From NCBI GenBank assembly GCA_016839365.1, contig JAEOUH010000071.1, positions 12,219-76,218 on the forward strand: DNA of 64,000 nucleotides, in the 5' to 3' direction. Shown here piece after piece: positions 18,922 to 29,079 of this stretch. This DNA comes from Candidatus Hermodarchaeota archaeon. Lineage in GTDB: Archaea; Asgardarchaeota; Hermodarchaeia; Hermodarchaeales; Hermodarchaeaceae. The position numbers were made by a program, and so were the translations under genes. The notes beneath the pieces were generated by a model that was not told where the DNA came from, did no database searches, and was given only the letters and a program-made list of their open reading frames with translations. Numbering within the stretch: position 1 is the stretch's first letter; each line of letters starts with the position of its first letter.

Positions 18922-19383
18922 TTAAGGTTGCTCGAATTGAGATTGCAGGTTTTTGAGTGTCTGGCGAGCATCGGCCCGAATCTGTTCATCAAGTTGTTGC
19001 CGGGTCTCTTCATCGAGTTTGCGTCCAAGGAATACTTCAGGCAAGTCATAGGTGATTTCGTAAGTCACCCGTGTACCGTTCGCGGTGTGCTCGAAAAACC
19101 ACCGAGCATCCTTGAAAGGTTGTCCCGAAAGTGATCGAACGTGTAAGGATCGACCTAGTTGAAGTTCAACAACTTCTAATTCTTGAGTAAAGCGAAAGTC
19201 CTTGACACTGACGCCCATAGCGAAGCGGGCACCGACACCCCATAGGGCCTCTGTGGTTGGATCATAGCTTGTTACTGAAGCGATGAGCTTGGGAACATTC
19301 CGATGATTTACGGCATATTTGAACACTTGCTCAAGAGGAGCTTTGATTTCGATACTTTCGCTGACATCTGTCATTTTCTGCAT
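18922..19383 (-). CDS. SRPBCC (START/polyketide cyclase-like) domain protein
   Basis: 153 aa with the pattern IEIKAPLEQVFKYAVNHRNVPKL...WFFEHTANGTRVTYEITYDL, typical of the SRPBCC fold. Confidence 0.6.
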   Translation of the reverse strand: MQKMTDVSESIEIKAPLEQVFKYAVNHRNVPKLIASVTSYDPTTEALWGVGARFAMGVSVKDFRFTQELEVVELQLGRSLHVRSLSGQPFKDARWFFEHTANGTRVTYEITYDLPEVFLGRKLDEETRQQLDEQIRADARQTLKNLQSQFEQP

Positions 19384-19419
19384 CCTTCTATTCTTAGCTA
19401 GCCTTTCAGTTCTTAAAAT

Positions 19420-20748
19420 TTAGCGATGTAAGTATTCATCCCATTCGAAATCTGTAATCGTTTCGTGTGTGTATCGATGCCATTCCGCTTCCCGAATAGC
19501 TTTGTAAACATCACAGAACTTTTTGCCTAGAACCTCACATAGAACATCGTCACTATGGAGCGCATGAAGCGCGCCCTTGAGAGATTCAGGAAGTTGTAAT
19601 ATTTTCATTTGGTTCAATCTTTTTGGCGTAAGTTCGTATACATTTTCAGTGACAGGTTCTGGAGGCTGAAGTTTACGTTGAACACCAGTAATACCCGCGC
19701 CCAGTAAAACAGCGAATAGAAGGTATGGATTCGCAAGAGGGTCGGGAGAACGGAATTCCACCGCAGCTTTTTCAACACTGTTGAAGAGAGGAATTCGTAT
19801 CAGTGTTGAACGGTTAAGATAACCCCAACTTATGTAAACTGGGGCTTCAAACCCGGGAACCAGTCGTTTGAAGGAATTCACCGTCGGATTAGCTAGCGCT
19901 GTGATTCCAGGAGCATGTTTGAGTAGACCAGCAACGAAATGTAATCCGGTGTCAGAGAGGGTGCCATCAGGCATTCCTAATAAGTTTTGATTGCCTTTCC
20001 ATAGTTGGAGATGACAATGAAGACCACTCCCTGCTTCACTGGAAAAGGGTTTAGGCATGAAACTAACTTCAACATCATAGAGGGCGGCGCGTCGGCGGAG
20101 AAGCAGTTTGAAGATTATGAAATTGTCTGCGGCTTGTCCGAGCTCAGTGAAAGCTAGTTCAATTTCCTGTTGGCTTTGTCCATGCTCTGAATGTAGCCAA
20201 GCCGTTTCGATTCCGATAGCTCGTAAATCAAGGGCTGTTTCAAGCAGAAGATCCATACCCCGATTTTCAGGAAAAATATCCGCATATTCTGCGTCGTCGA
20301 GTGGCACCCCATCTGTGGTCAAGAAGTAGAATTCTGGTTCGAGTTTGACTCGTATTTGAAGACCATTGGCAGCGAGCTGTTCCAGGTTCTGTTTTAGAAT
20401 TGTGCGTGGTGCCATTGGATGAGGAGTGAGGTCTCCATCTGGTCCACGTTGGTAAACGTCAGCAATGACTACTGCGCGTCGAGGATGGCTATTTGGTAAT
20501 TCTTGAATAGTGGAAATATCTGGAACCAACTGGAGATCTGATGTAGTAATTGAGGCTAATCCCTTCACCGACGACCCATCAACACCACAACTGGGAACCA
20601 GGGAGGAGTCCTTCTTGAGTGCTGAAATGGAATCAACGGGGTTGATGGGTACCGTCATGCCCTTGGGAACACCATCAATATCGACCGTGAGTAATTCGAC
20701 GAAGTGCAGTTTTCCTCGGCTTTCAGCTGGATTCATTTCACCAGGCAT
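19420..20748 (-). CDS. glnA: Glutamine synthetase family protein (type I-like)
   Basis: Beta-grasp N-terminus (FVELLTVDIDGVPKG), EPEFYF, HSEHGQSQQEIEL, GSGLHCHLQLW and NRSTLIRIP motifs. Confidence 0.82.
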   Translation of the reverse strand: MPGEMNPAESRGKLHFVELLTVDIDGVPKGMTVPINPVDSISALKKDSSLVPSCGVDGSSVKGLASITTSDLQLVPDISTIQELPNSHPRRAVVIADVYQRGPDGDLTPHPMAPRTILKQNLEQLAANGLQIRVKLEPEFYFLTTDGVPLDDAEYADIFPENRGMDLLLETALDLRAIGIETAWLHSEHGQSQQEIELAFTELGQAADNFIIFKLLLRRRAALYDVEVSFMPKPFSSEAGSGLHCHLQLWKGNQNLLGMPDGTLSDTGLHFVAGLLKHAPGITALANPTVNSFKRLVPGFEAPVYISWGYLNRSTLIRIPLFNSVEKAAVEFRSPDPLANPYLLFAVLLGAGITGVQRKLQPPEPVTENVYELTPKRLNQMKILQLPESLKGALHALHSDDVLCEVLGKKFCDVYKAIREAEWHRYTHETITDFEWDEYLHR

Positions 20749-20897
20749 ACTTGGACCTCCACTCTATAATTGGGAGAGATAGAACAGGGATGTGTGCTTT
20801 TAAAGCTTGATATGGAGTATATCTACCATCAATCCTTCATAGATTTGGATAAGTTTATTGGGATATACCCCGTTTTGAGCATAAGAGGGCAATCTGT

Positions 20898-22829
20898 ATG
20901 AAAGGGGCGCGATCACTTTTTTGTCTCCTCCTTATCCTGCTCTTTCTTCTTCCTTCAAACGCCCCAATCGATTTTAGGACCTCCCAATCATCGCCAACTC
21001 CTCAAATGGTCTCAACCTTACCCAATAGGGACCAGGTATTAGATTCCTCACCAGAGAAGTCGACGTTTTCGTCGAATGGAAATGCTCCCCGGAATTGGAC
21101 AGTTCTTGTGTATATGGCTGCAGACAATGATCAGGAATTTGCTGCCATTGAAAACATCAAAGAAATGGAAGTTGTTGGGTCAACCGAGCAGGTGAATATC
21201 CTAGTCTATGTGGATTTCCTGACTAACAACACAAGCTATGGTCCAGGAGCCTACACCTTCAATATTACAAAGGATGAGCCGCCGTTGAATAACACAATTG
21301 TTTCTGAGCCCTTGAATACTACGCTACCTGATGAGCCCAATATGGGGGATCCCACTACTCTTTTCGGCTTTATCGAATTTGGCCAAAACTATTCTCAGGC
21401 CGCTAACTATCTCCTCATCCTATGGGATAAGGGAGGAGGTTACAAGGGAGTATGTTATGATGACACCAGTGGTGGAGACCATCTCCTCCTTCCTGAACTC
21501 GCGACTGTCCTCGAAAATGATACCCTCGAGCCCATCACTCTCATTGCCTTTGACGCTTCATTCATGGGGCAAATGGAACTCGCTTACGAGTTAAAGGACA
21601 GCACCGAGTTCATCGTTTTCTCAGAAGAGGCAGTTCCTAACCAGCATTTCCCCTACCACATTATTTTCAATAGCCTCATTTCACACGAAGATTCAAGTCC
21701 ATACTTATTGGCGAAAGAAATCATTGACCGCTACATTGAAGCCTACTCCCCCCTCGGAACATACCATAATCCAGTTTCACCACAGACTCGGCTTTGCCTT
21801 TCAGTCGTTAACACAACACTAGTAGGTGATGTCTTCGATTGGTTCAATCGAACCACTACCTGGCTAACCACTGGTTATAACACTCTTACTTACTATCAAG
21901 AAATCAGTGCCGCACGGGGATTAACTCAACAGTTCAACCTGCCTTACTACATCGATTTAGGTGGCTTCGCCTATCAACTCTCACAGTTAATACAGAATAT
22001 CACATTCACACATTATACTGGGAATCTTAGCCTCAGTATTCAGGCAGCAGTTTCCTACAACCGTGCCCTCTCCGGGCTACCTGGTACGTCAGGGCTAGCC
22101 ATAAATTTCAACTCTTATGAGCCAGTGTCACTGGCACTTCTAAATAATGCCGTATACGAAGAGTTTCTTTCCACGTTCCTTAGCCTTGGAGAAACAACAG
22201 ACACCTCCATTATCTCATTGACACTTGGTCCCCTTCAGGGGTACCTGGATGGAAAAGATGACTCCGTATTTTATCGGTTCACCTCACAAATCGCTGTGGA
22301 GCATACCATCACGCTTGGCGCATTTCAATCCACTGACGACGACTTTGACCTCTATTTATATGATAGTAATCTGAACCTCCTCACCCGATCTGTCGGCTTA
22401 GCATCCGATGAAGCCATACAATGGGTTCTGATTCCTGGACGGCTCTACTATATACATGTTCATTCCAGTCCACGAGCTGAGATCACATATGGACTCGGTT
22501 CATTTGAAGTGCGTATAATTCCAAGTTCACCGATTAATCCAGCAACAGTTGCACTGCATATTGGAATCATCGTGGCCATCATCTGTTTACTCTTTCTTGC
22601 GCTCTACATCATCTGGCGTAATCGAGAACACATCACAGGAGCCATTGAACGATATCGGGTCCGACGAGTGGCGAGGCGACTCCAACCTGAAGCATCGACG
22701 GGAACTATACAATCAACCGCTACGCCCGGAGCTTGTTTGAAGTGTGGTGAACAGCTCCCTGAGGATGCACGATTCTGCCCCAACTGCGGCGAAACTTTCG
22801 AGGATTCTTCAGGCGAGACCAAGGATTAG
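20898..22829 (+). CDS. Secreted, membrane-anchored clostripain (C11)-like protein with Lys/Ser at the His/Cys dyad positions, a PPC domain, a TM anchor and a cytoplasmic zinc ribbon
   Basis: Signal peptide MKGARSLFCLLLILLFLLPSNA. C11 hallmarks are WTVLVYMAADND...VNILVYVD, LILWDKGGG (family WxHGxG) and IAFDASFMGQMELAYEL (family FDACxM). A PPC-like region (FYRF...DFDLYLYD...LYYIHVHS) follows, then the TM VALHIGIIVAIICLLFLALYIIW and the tail CLKCGEQLPEDARFCPNCG. Confidence 0.8.
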   Translation: MKGARSLFCLLLILLFLLPSNAPIDFRTSQSSPTPQMVSTLPNRDQVLDSSPEKSTFSSNGNAPRNWTVLVYMAADNDQEFAAIENIKEMEVVGSTEQVNILVYVDFLTNNTSYGPGAYTFNITKDEPPLNNTIVSEPLNTTLPDEPNMGDPTTLFGFIEFGQNYSQAANYLLILWDKGGGYKGVCYDDTSGGDHLLLPELATVLENDTLEPITLIAFDASFMGQMELAYELKDSTEFIVFSEEAVPNQHFPYHIIFNSLISHEDSSPYLLAKEIIDRYIEAYSPLGTYHNPVSPQTRLCLSVVNTTLVGDVFDWFNRTTTWLTTGYNTLTYYQEISAARGLTQQFNLPYYIDLGGFAYQLSQLIQNITFTHYTGNLSLSIQAAVSYNRALSGLPGTSGLAINFNSYEPVSLALLNNAVYEEFLSTFLSLGETTDTSIISLTLGPLQGYLDGKDDSVFYRFTSQIAVEHTITLGAFQSTDDDFDLYLYDSNLNLLTRSVGLASDEAIQWVLIPGRLYYIHVHSSPRAEITYGLGSFEVRIIPSSPINPATVALHIGIIVAIICLLFLALYIIWRNREHITGAIERYRVRRVARRLQPEASTGTIQSTATPGACLKCGEQLPEDARFCPNCGETFEDSSGETKD

Positions 22830-24613
22830 TCCTTGAGAAGGGCTTCTAGTTGGGATATGAACTCTTCAGCTTGCTTCATGCCCAGGCCCCAGAAGTCTTC
22901 CTTCGAAATATCAAAGCCTAGTTCATCCGCCAGTTCTCGTGGGGAGCTAGTACTGCCTGCTGAGAGTAGTCGCCTAAGCTTAGGTACGAAGTCCTGTCCT
23001 TGTTCTTTATAGAGCCGGTAAAGAGCATACACAAACAAATTAGCAAAAACGTATGGGTAGTTGTAAAGTCGATACCTAGGAATGTAGTAATGTCCCTTGA
23101 AGGTCCACTCCCACTTGCTTTCTGGCAGCCACTCTACTGCATCGCCAAACATACGGTCTCGACCCTCCACCCAGTATTTCGAAATAGTTTCTCCGTCAAG
23201 ATACTCACCTCGCTCAAATGCAGCATACATATCCATTTCGAAGAAATATCGAGCAGTGACTTGGAATACGGTTTGTCCAAATTCGTCAAGGACCCTTCCT
23301 AACACTTCCAACTTCTCATCCTTGGTTTTTGCTTCAGCAAGGAGTTTGTCTGTGAGAAGTAGTTCGCCAAAGATACTCCCAACTTCTGCAATACAGCTGC
23401 CGATATCCATATTGATGGGTTTGTGTTTTGCAGTCATGAGATAATCGTGGACGGCATGACCGTTCTCATGGACTAAGGTAAAGACTTCGCCCAGTTTGCC
23501 ATTATAGCTCATAAGGATGAATGCTGACTTTCCTGCATTCCAGGAGGCACAGAATGCTCCTTGGCGTTTGCCTTCACGAACATCTCCATCAATGCGGTGC
23601 TTATCAAACATTTCCGCAACAATTTCAGCAAGATCCGGATCAAATCCTTGGTAAGTATCGAAGGCTATTTGCCGAGCTTCGTTCCATGTGAAACTGTGTT
23701 CAGGCATATTGGGTAATGGTGCGACCACGTCCCATTCACCGAGTTTGGGGACCTTCATTATCTTCGCTTTCAATCGAAGATACTTCTGATAAAGAGCAGT
23801 ATGGTTATCGACGGTATTGATCAGCGCATCGATGGTCTCGTCATCAACATCGTTGTCAATAAGGCTCTGTGTACGAGGAGATGGCCATTTACGTTTCTTG
23901 CTAGTCTCTACATGGTCACCGATTATGGCACGGACAGCACTGGCCCAGAGAATCTGGTCTTTTCCAAGACCTGTCCAGATGATGCTCTTAGCCGCTTTAC
24001 GAACATCACGATCTGAGTCCTCGAAGAGGGCATGAATCTGTGTGAACGGCATTTGCTTCAGCTCCCCTTCGATTTCAATTTCAAACATCCGTGTCGAGAG
24101 CCAGTCACTATGGAGCTGCTGCCAAGAGTTAATGCCAAACTGGTCCTTCTGAATAATCAGTTGCTCAAGCTCTTCACTTAGCATATGTGGTGCGGTCCGA
24201 GCTGCCTTTTCAAGAGCATGTTTGTACTCAGCTAGCTCAGGATTCTTAATAAGTTCAGGTCTCGCTGCAACCAACTGGGCAAGTTCTATCTCTGAGAAAG
24301 CCAACAGTTGTCCTATCTTCGAGCTCATTCGTCTTGCCAAATCAGCTACCTGTTTGGCATCTTCGTCAAGCGAATTGGCGGCGTAAGCAAGATATGCATA
24401 TAAGAACGCCCCTTCACGTTTCAAATACTGGTCTTGGGTTTTTTCGAGAAACGATAACAATTCCTTTGGGTTTAGCTTTCTGATTTTTCCTTTATACTCA
24501 GATGCCAACGCTTCTGCATCTTGGACTGCTTTTTCCATTTGCATTTTCAAACTGTCGAGTTTCGTCGAAGGAACCATTGGGCTTAGGTCCCACGACTCAC
24601 CTTTAATCGTCAT
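22826..24613 (-). CDS. pepF: Oligoendopeptidase F (M3B metallopeptidase)
   Basis: HExxH in LVHENGHAVHD and an M3B-like length. The ORF track start at 24871 overlaps the upstream kinase by 158 nt. ATG 24613 (MTIKGESWDLSP) or 24631 is a more plausible start. Confidence 0.88.
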   Translation of the reverse strand: MTIKGESWDLSPMVPSTKLDSLKMQMEKAVQDAEALASEYKGKIRKLNPKELLSFLEKTQDQYLKREGAFLYAYLAYAANSLDEDAKQVADLARRMSSKIGQLLAFSEIELAQLVAARPELIKNPELAEYKHALEKAARTAPHMLSEELEQLIIQKDQFGINSWQQLHSDWLSTRMFEIEIEGELKQMPFTQIHALFEDSDRDVRKAAKSIIWTGLGKDQILWASAVRAIIGDHVETSKKRKWPSPRTQSLIDNDVDDETIDALINTVDNHTALYQKYLRLKAKIMKVPKLGEWDVVAPLPNMPEHSFTWNEARQIAFDTYQGFDPDLAEIVAEMFDKHRIDGDVREGKRQGAFCASWNAGKSAFILMSYNGKLGEVFTLVHENGHAVHDYLMTAKHKPINMDIGSCIAEVGSIFGELLLTDKLLAEAKTKDEKLEVLGRVLDEFGQTVFQVTARYFFEMDMYAAFERGEYLDGETISKYWVEGRDRMFGDAVEWLPESKWEWTFKGHYYIPRYRLYNYPYVFANLFVYALYRLYKEQGQDFVPKLRRLLSAGSTSSPRELADELGFDISKEDFWGLGMKQAEEFISQLEALLKD

Positions 24614-24713
24614 AATAGTACGCCCCATCATGCAATGAGGTTTGGGGTTAAAAGTTACGTGGATGAATAAGCTTTGACTAAACACGCTGAAGATAAGCGA
24701 ATTCCAACTCCTG

Positions 24714-26246
24714 TTAGGTATTGAGTTGAAAGCAGACACCACTGAACTGGTCGAAGATGGAACGGAATGCTTTGTAGAGTTTATTGTAAGTGGATACCCG
24801 CTCTGGGTCAGGCTTAACCTCTCGATCATAGGTAAAAAGATGTTGAAGGTCATCAAAGGACTTGAACTCACCTAAGGCTACTGCAGCTAATAACGCGACC
24901 CCTACGGTACCAGCATCTTGCAGAGTAGTCACACGCTTCAAGGGTACATTGAGCACATCGGCGAATATTTGCATCCAAAGATCACTTTTGGCTCCACCCC
25001 CACAGATGTTTAAGCCAGGGAAAGAGTGCCCCATACCCTCTAGTACTTCTTTGACCCACCGTGTGTTATAAGCTACTCCTTCCAGTACTGCTCGGACCAT
25101 ATGGGCCCGTTGATGGTCAAAACTCAGATTCAAGAAAGCACTGCGGATGAAGGGATTGATGAAAGGACACCGCTCACCAATGGGCCAAGGCAAGTATATG
25201 AGATTTCGACTACCAGGAGGAACTTGTTTTGCTTTCTCAGTGATGAGATCATAGACATCAATGTTGGCAGCGGAGGCCTCCTTAATCTCAGCAGTGCACA
25301 CATTATCCACTAGCCATGCTAAGCATGCCCCCGCACTCTCCATATGTCCGGTTAATAGTAGTCGGCCTGGTATGGCACTCTCTACAGTTCCTGCTCCGGC
25401 TAGATCAAATTGTGGCTCATCTTGGTGTTGGGCAATCCAACCTGACGATCCGACATATAGGTGAGGTTCTTTGGGTTTTAATGCACCAGACCCAATCGGA
25501 ACAGCCACCATATCACCACAGCCACACACAACCTGGGTTTCAGCTGTTAATCCCATCTGTTTGGCTGCTTCAGGTGAAAGGGTTCCCAAAATATCAGTGG
25601 TCTTTTTGATTATTGCCAACTGGTCCATTGAAAGCCCTAATCCTTCTTCGATGATTTCGGGTTGGGGTTCATGATGATCAATCCGAAAATAATTCCACAG
25701 ACATGCATGACTCCAATCAGTATAGAAATCACCTACACCGGCCTGGAAGAGAATCCAGTCTTTGACATCTACAAACTTCGCTGCTTTTTTGAAAATATGG
25801 GGTTCCTCATGCTTCACCCATAGAATCTTGGGTAGGGGATCCTTTGCGGAAGCGACGGGGATGATATTCTTTGCCAGCATGTCTGGAATAGTGAACTGGT
25901 TCATCAATGGAGTTACATAATCAACAGATCGTACATCGAGCCACAAGATCGTCTTCCGAAGGGGACGTCCCTTCTTATCCACAGGAATCACCGAGGCCAT
26001 CATTGCGTCAACTGTGAAGGCAGTGATTGAACGGGGATCGATACCGGTTTGGTTAATGATCTCCCGGGATGTGGTGGTGATGGCATCCCAATAGACCTTT
26101 GGATCTTGTTCCGCCCATCGCTCCTTGGGGTACTCTACATGATAGGCTTGTGTTGCAGTGCCTTGAACACAGCCTTGCATATCAATGATACTGGATTTGG
26201 TAGCACTGGTGCCTAAATCACAAGCAAGAATATAGTTGGCAGACAT
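24714..26246 (-). CDS. FGGY-family carbohydrate kinase (xylulokinase/glycerol kinase-like)
   Basis: N-terminus YILACDLGTSATKSSI and C-terminal LNICGGGAKSDLWMQIFADVL are typical FGGY motifs. Confidence 0.85.
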   Translation of the reverse strand: MSANYILACDLGTSATKSSIIDMQGCVQGTATQAYHVEYPKERWAEQDPKVYWDAITTTSREIINQTGIDPRSITAFTVDAMMASVIPVDKKGRPLRKTILWLDVRSVDYVTPLMNQFTIPDMLAKNIIPVASAKDPLPKILWVKHEEPHIFKKAAKFVDVKDWILFQAGVGDFYTDWSHACLWNYFRIDHHEPQPEIIEEGLGLSMDQLAIIKKTTDILGTLSPEAAKQMGLTAETQVVCGCGDMVAVPIGSGALKPKEPHLYVGSSGWIAQHQDEPQFDLAGAGTVESAIPGRLLLTGHMESAGACLAWLVDNVCTAEIKEASAANIDVYDLITEKAKQVPPGSRNLIYLPWPIGERCPFINPFIRSAFLNLSFDHQRAHMVRAVLEGVAYNTRWVKEVLEGMGHSFPGLNICGGGAKSDLWMQIFADVLNVPLKRVTTLQDAGTVGVALLAAVALGEFKSFDDLQHLFTYDREVKPDPERVSTYNKLYKAFRSIFDQFSGVCFQLNT

Positions 26247-26306
26247 TTCGAGGCCTCCCGGGTATTAAGGGTAGAAACCTGGTTAAAGGCTTATTCCACT
26301 GAACCC

Positions 26307-27404
26307 TTACTGCTCTATCGCGTTTCTTAGGGAGTCCAAACAGGCTTCGTTTTGTGCTTGGGTGCCGACGGTAATGCGAATGAACTGCCCTACTAATCCA
26401 GCTTTTCCAGTATAGTCTCGGACGATGATACCGTCCTGCAAGAGTTTCTGAGAAATTTTATTCGAATCTGCATTAGATGCAGTAAATTGTGTTAGTACAA
26501 AGTTAGTTCTTGAGGGAAAAGCTCTAACATTGGGTAATCCGTTGAGAGACTTTTCCAAGAATTCTCGACCAGCCTTGATTTCCTTTTTCACATAATTCAG
26601 ATATTGAGTATCGCCTAGCGCGGCAACGGCTGCAGCTGCGGTGATGCGGTTAACTGGAAAGTGGTGTACAACCTTTGTGAGATAATCAGCCAATTCGGGG
26701 TTTGTGATAGCATAGCCAAGGCGTAATCCTGCAAAACCGAATGCCTTAGCCATGGTCCGAGTGATGATGAGGTTTGAGTGATTATGAATAAAGTGCGCGA
26801 GGCTGGTGTCAGCAAAGTCGAAATACGCTTCATCAACAACAATAAGCAAATCCAGGTCAAGTAAACGCTTGAACTCACTTTCGGGAATACAGTTGCCCAC
26901 AGGATTATTCGGACTTACTAAAATGATTTCTTTAGTAGCTGGTGTAATGGTATTAAAGACATGATCAAGATTCCAAGTGTAATCAGGAGGGGGGCGTGGA
27001 GCGAGTTGGGAGGTTCCTCCAAAGATGGCGAGACGTAGTTGATAGGGTCCGTAATCAGGAGGAATAAAGAGCGCCGCTTCTCTGGGATTAAGGAAGCCAT
27101 GATAGAAGGCATCAATGAATTGGGTCGATCCATTTCCGACGACAATCTGAGTATCGGGAAATCCTGTATAGGTTGAGAGTGCCTTTTTGAGTTCATAGTA
27201 GGAGGAGTCGGGGTATAAGTGAGCGGTATCCAGGGCTTCGATAGCTGCTTGCCGGGCTTGGGGGGAAATCCCGAAAGGAAGCTCATTGCCCATAAGCCGT
27301 GCATAATCATCACGAAGTTCGTAAAGTTTTCTGAGGAGCGCTGTGGGGCTGTATGCAACACCTTTCTGAATGTGTGGCTTTAGCAGATGTGAAATGTCAC
27401 CCAT
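26307..27404 (-). CDS. Class I/II PLP aminotransferase (histidinol-phosphate/aromatic aminotransferase family)
   Basis: SPNNPVGN, DEAYFDF and the PLP-lysine context RTMAKAFGFAGLRLGY. Confidence 0.8.
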   Translation of the reverse strand: MGDISHLLKPHIQKGVAYSPTALLRKLYELRDDYARLMGNELPFGISPQARQAAIEALDTAHLYPDSSYYELKKALSTYTGFPDTQIVVGNGSTQFIDAFYHGFLNPREAALFIPPDYGPYQLRLAIFGGTSQLAPRPPPDYTWNLDHVFNTITPATKEIILVSPNNPVGNCIPESEFKRLLDLDLLIVVDEAYFDFADTSLAHFIHNHSNLIITRTMAKAFGFAGLRLGYAITNPELADYLTKVVHHFPVNRITAAAAVAALGDTQYLNYVKKEIKAGREFLEKSLNGLPNVRAFPSRTNFVLTQFTASNADSNKISQKLLQDGIIVRDYTGKAGLVGQFIRITVGTQAQNEACLDSLRNAIEQ

Positions 27405-27537
27405 CGTGTATTCTCACCCTGGATCAATAATGGTATTGAGCTGTTTCAGTTGCGGTATATCTTAAAACCGATGGTTGTACCGAAATCTAGTTCAGCCTAT
27501 TAGGCTCAGATTTTTCCGCTATCCGGCTCGCTTTTAA

Positions 27538-29079
27538 ATGGAGGTCACTCAATCTTTGAGCATGGCGGTCTATGACGATATTATGGCAAAGTACCGTGAG
27601 GTGGCGTTAACTGAGTCCGTGATTTCCACCATGGGGTGGGATATGGATGTTTACCTGCCACCCAAAGGATACCCGTTGAGAGGTGAACAGCTGGGATTAC
27701 TGAATCAAATGCGCCAGCGGATGCTCTCAAGCCCTGAAATTGGAACACTCCTCAATAAGGCTGAATCCAAAACCGAATATGCCAAACTCGATGCAACCCA
27801 AAGAAGGAACCTCTACTTATTACGACGCCAATATGAAATCATGGTAAAGATTCCTGAAGAACTGACTGGAGCAATCTCAAAACAGGCAACAAAAGCGGTC
27901 GGCATTTGGAAACAGGCGAAGTCGAAGAACGATTGGAAACTCTTTGAACCTGAACTGGCAGAGCTCATCACCTTGCTCCGGAGACGTGGAGAAATTCTGA
28001 TGGAGGTCCGAAATACTCCCACACTCTATGATGCATTCATAGACATCTTTGAACCGAAGATGACGCAAGAAAAAATATCCAAGGTATTCACAGAGCTTCG
28101 AGACGATCTAATCCCATTGGTCGACAAATATAGCACTATAGTGAAAGATATGGATTTTTCTTTCCTGAAACGCAAAGTGCCTGTTGAACAACAACGTAAA
28201 ATCGCAACAGCGCTCTGCGAGTACATCCAATATGATACTACCTCGGACCAGGCCGGTGGGCGAATCGATGAAACCGAACACCCATTCACCAGCGGTTATT
28301 ATGATGATGTCCGAATAACTACACACTACCATGAGGATAGTTTCACATCTGCATTCTATTCAGTGTTACACGAAGGGGGACACGCGTTATACGAACAGAA
28401 TTTTCCACATGAAGGGAAATTCCAACCCTGGGGCGATTCAGCCAGTTATGGGCTCCATGAATCTCAATCAAGATTCGTCGAAAACGTCCTGGGGCGATCA
28501 AAGGAGTTCATCTCATACTTCTATCCAACACTCAATAAACTTACAAATAATACATTCAAGGATATCAGCGCCAATCAATTGACTCAAGCGGTCAATAAGG
28601 TTGAACGATCAAAGATCCGCATCGAAGCCGATGAGGTCACCTACTCACTTCATGTCATTATTCGGTTTGAAATTGAACGCGATCTCTTCGCGAACAAAGT
28701 CAGTGTCGCTGATTTACCTAGTGTGTGGAACGAAAAATACGAGAAATACCTAGGTGTAACAATTCAAACCGACACTGAAGGAGTTTTACAGGATACACAT
28801 TGGGCGTCTGGATACCACGGATACTTCCCCAGCTATGCTCTCGGCAACGTCTACGGTGGGCAGCTACTCACGGCGATGGAAACGAAACTACCAAATTGGC
28901 TCGATCTCGTTGCCTCAGGAGACTTTGGGCCAATCAAGGAATGGATGGGAACTAATGTTCACCGAAAGGGAAATCTGTATGACCCTGAAGATCTATTGAA
29001 ACAGATTACTGGTGAAGGGCTGAACGCAAAACCTTTCATTCATTATTTAACAGCTAAATACAAAAAGATCTTCGACTAG
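27538..29079 (+). CDS. Carboxypeptidase Taq-type M32 metallopeptidase
   Basis: All M32 signatures are present: HPF (EHPFTSG), DDVRITT, HEGGHALYE, HESQSRF, IRIEADEVTY and GVLQDTHWASG. Confidence 0.92.
   Translation: MEVTQSLSMAVYDDIMAKYREVALTESVISTMGWDMDVYLPPKGYPLRGEQLGLLNQMRQRMLSSPEIGTLLNKAESKTEYAKLDATQRRNLYLLRRQYEIMVKIPEELTGAISKQATKAVGIWKQAKSKNDWKLFEPELAELITLLRRRGEILMEVRNTPTLYDAFIDIFEPKMTQEKISKVFTELRDDLIPLVDKYSTIVKDMDFSFLKRKVPVEQQRKIATALCEYIQYDTTSDQAGGRIDETEHPFTSGYYDDVRITTHYHEDSFTSAFYSVLHEGGHALYEQNFPHEGKFQPWGDSASYGLHESQSRFVENVLGRSKEFISYFYPTLNKLTNNTFKDISANQLTQAVNKVERSKIRIEADEVTYSLHVIIRFEIERDLFANKVSVADLPSVWNEKYEKYLGVTIQTDTEGVLQDTHWASGYHGYFPSYALGNVYGGQLLTAMETKLPNWLDLVASGDFGPIKEWMGTNVHRKGNLYDPEDLLKQITGEGLNAKPFIHYLTAKYKKIFD

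Noticed and set aside
22826-22829. Convergent genes share overlapping stop codons (TTAG) here and again at 47719-47722. dnaJ and pmbA are separated by only 1 nt.
   Set aside because: This reflects genome compaction. It is interesting for termination and antisense read-through, but it is not evidence of a specific system.
24614-24871. An 86-codon N-terminal extension of the PepF ORF overlaps the 3' end of the FGGY kinase gene by 158 nt.
   Set aside because: The extension is low-complexity (Ser/Phe/Asn-rich), and PepF-like sequence begins at MTIKGESWDL. The overlap is best explained by an upstream in-frame ATG in the ORF track, not a real overlapping gene.
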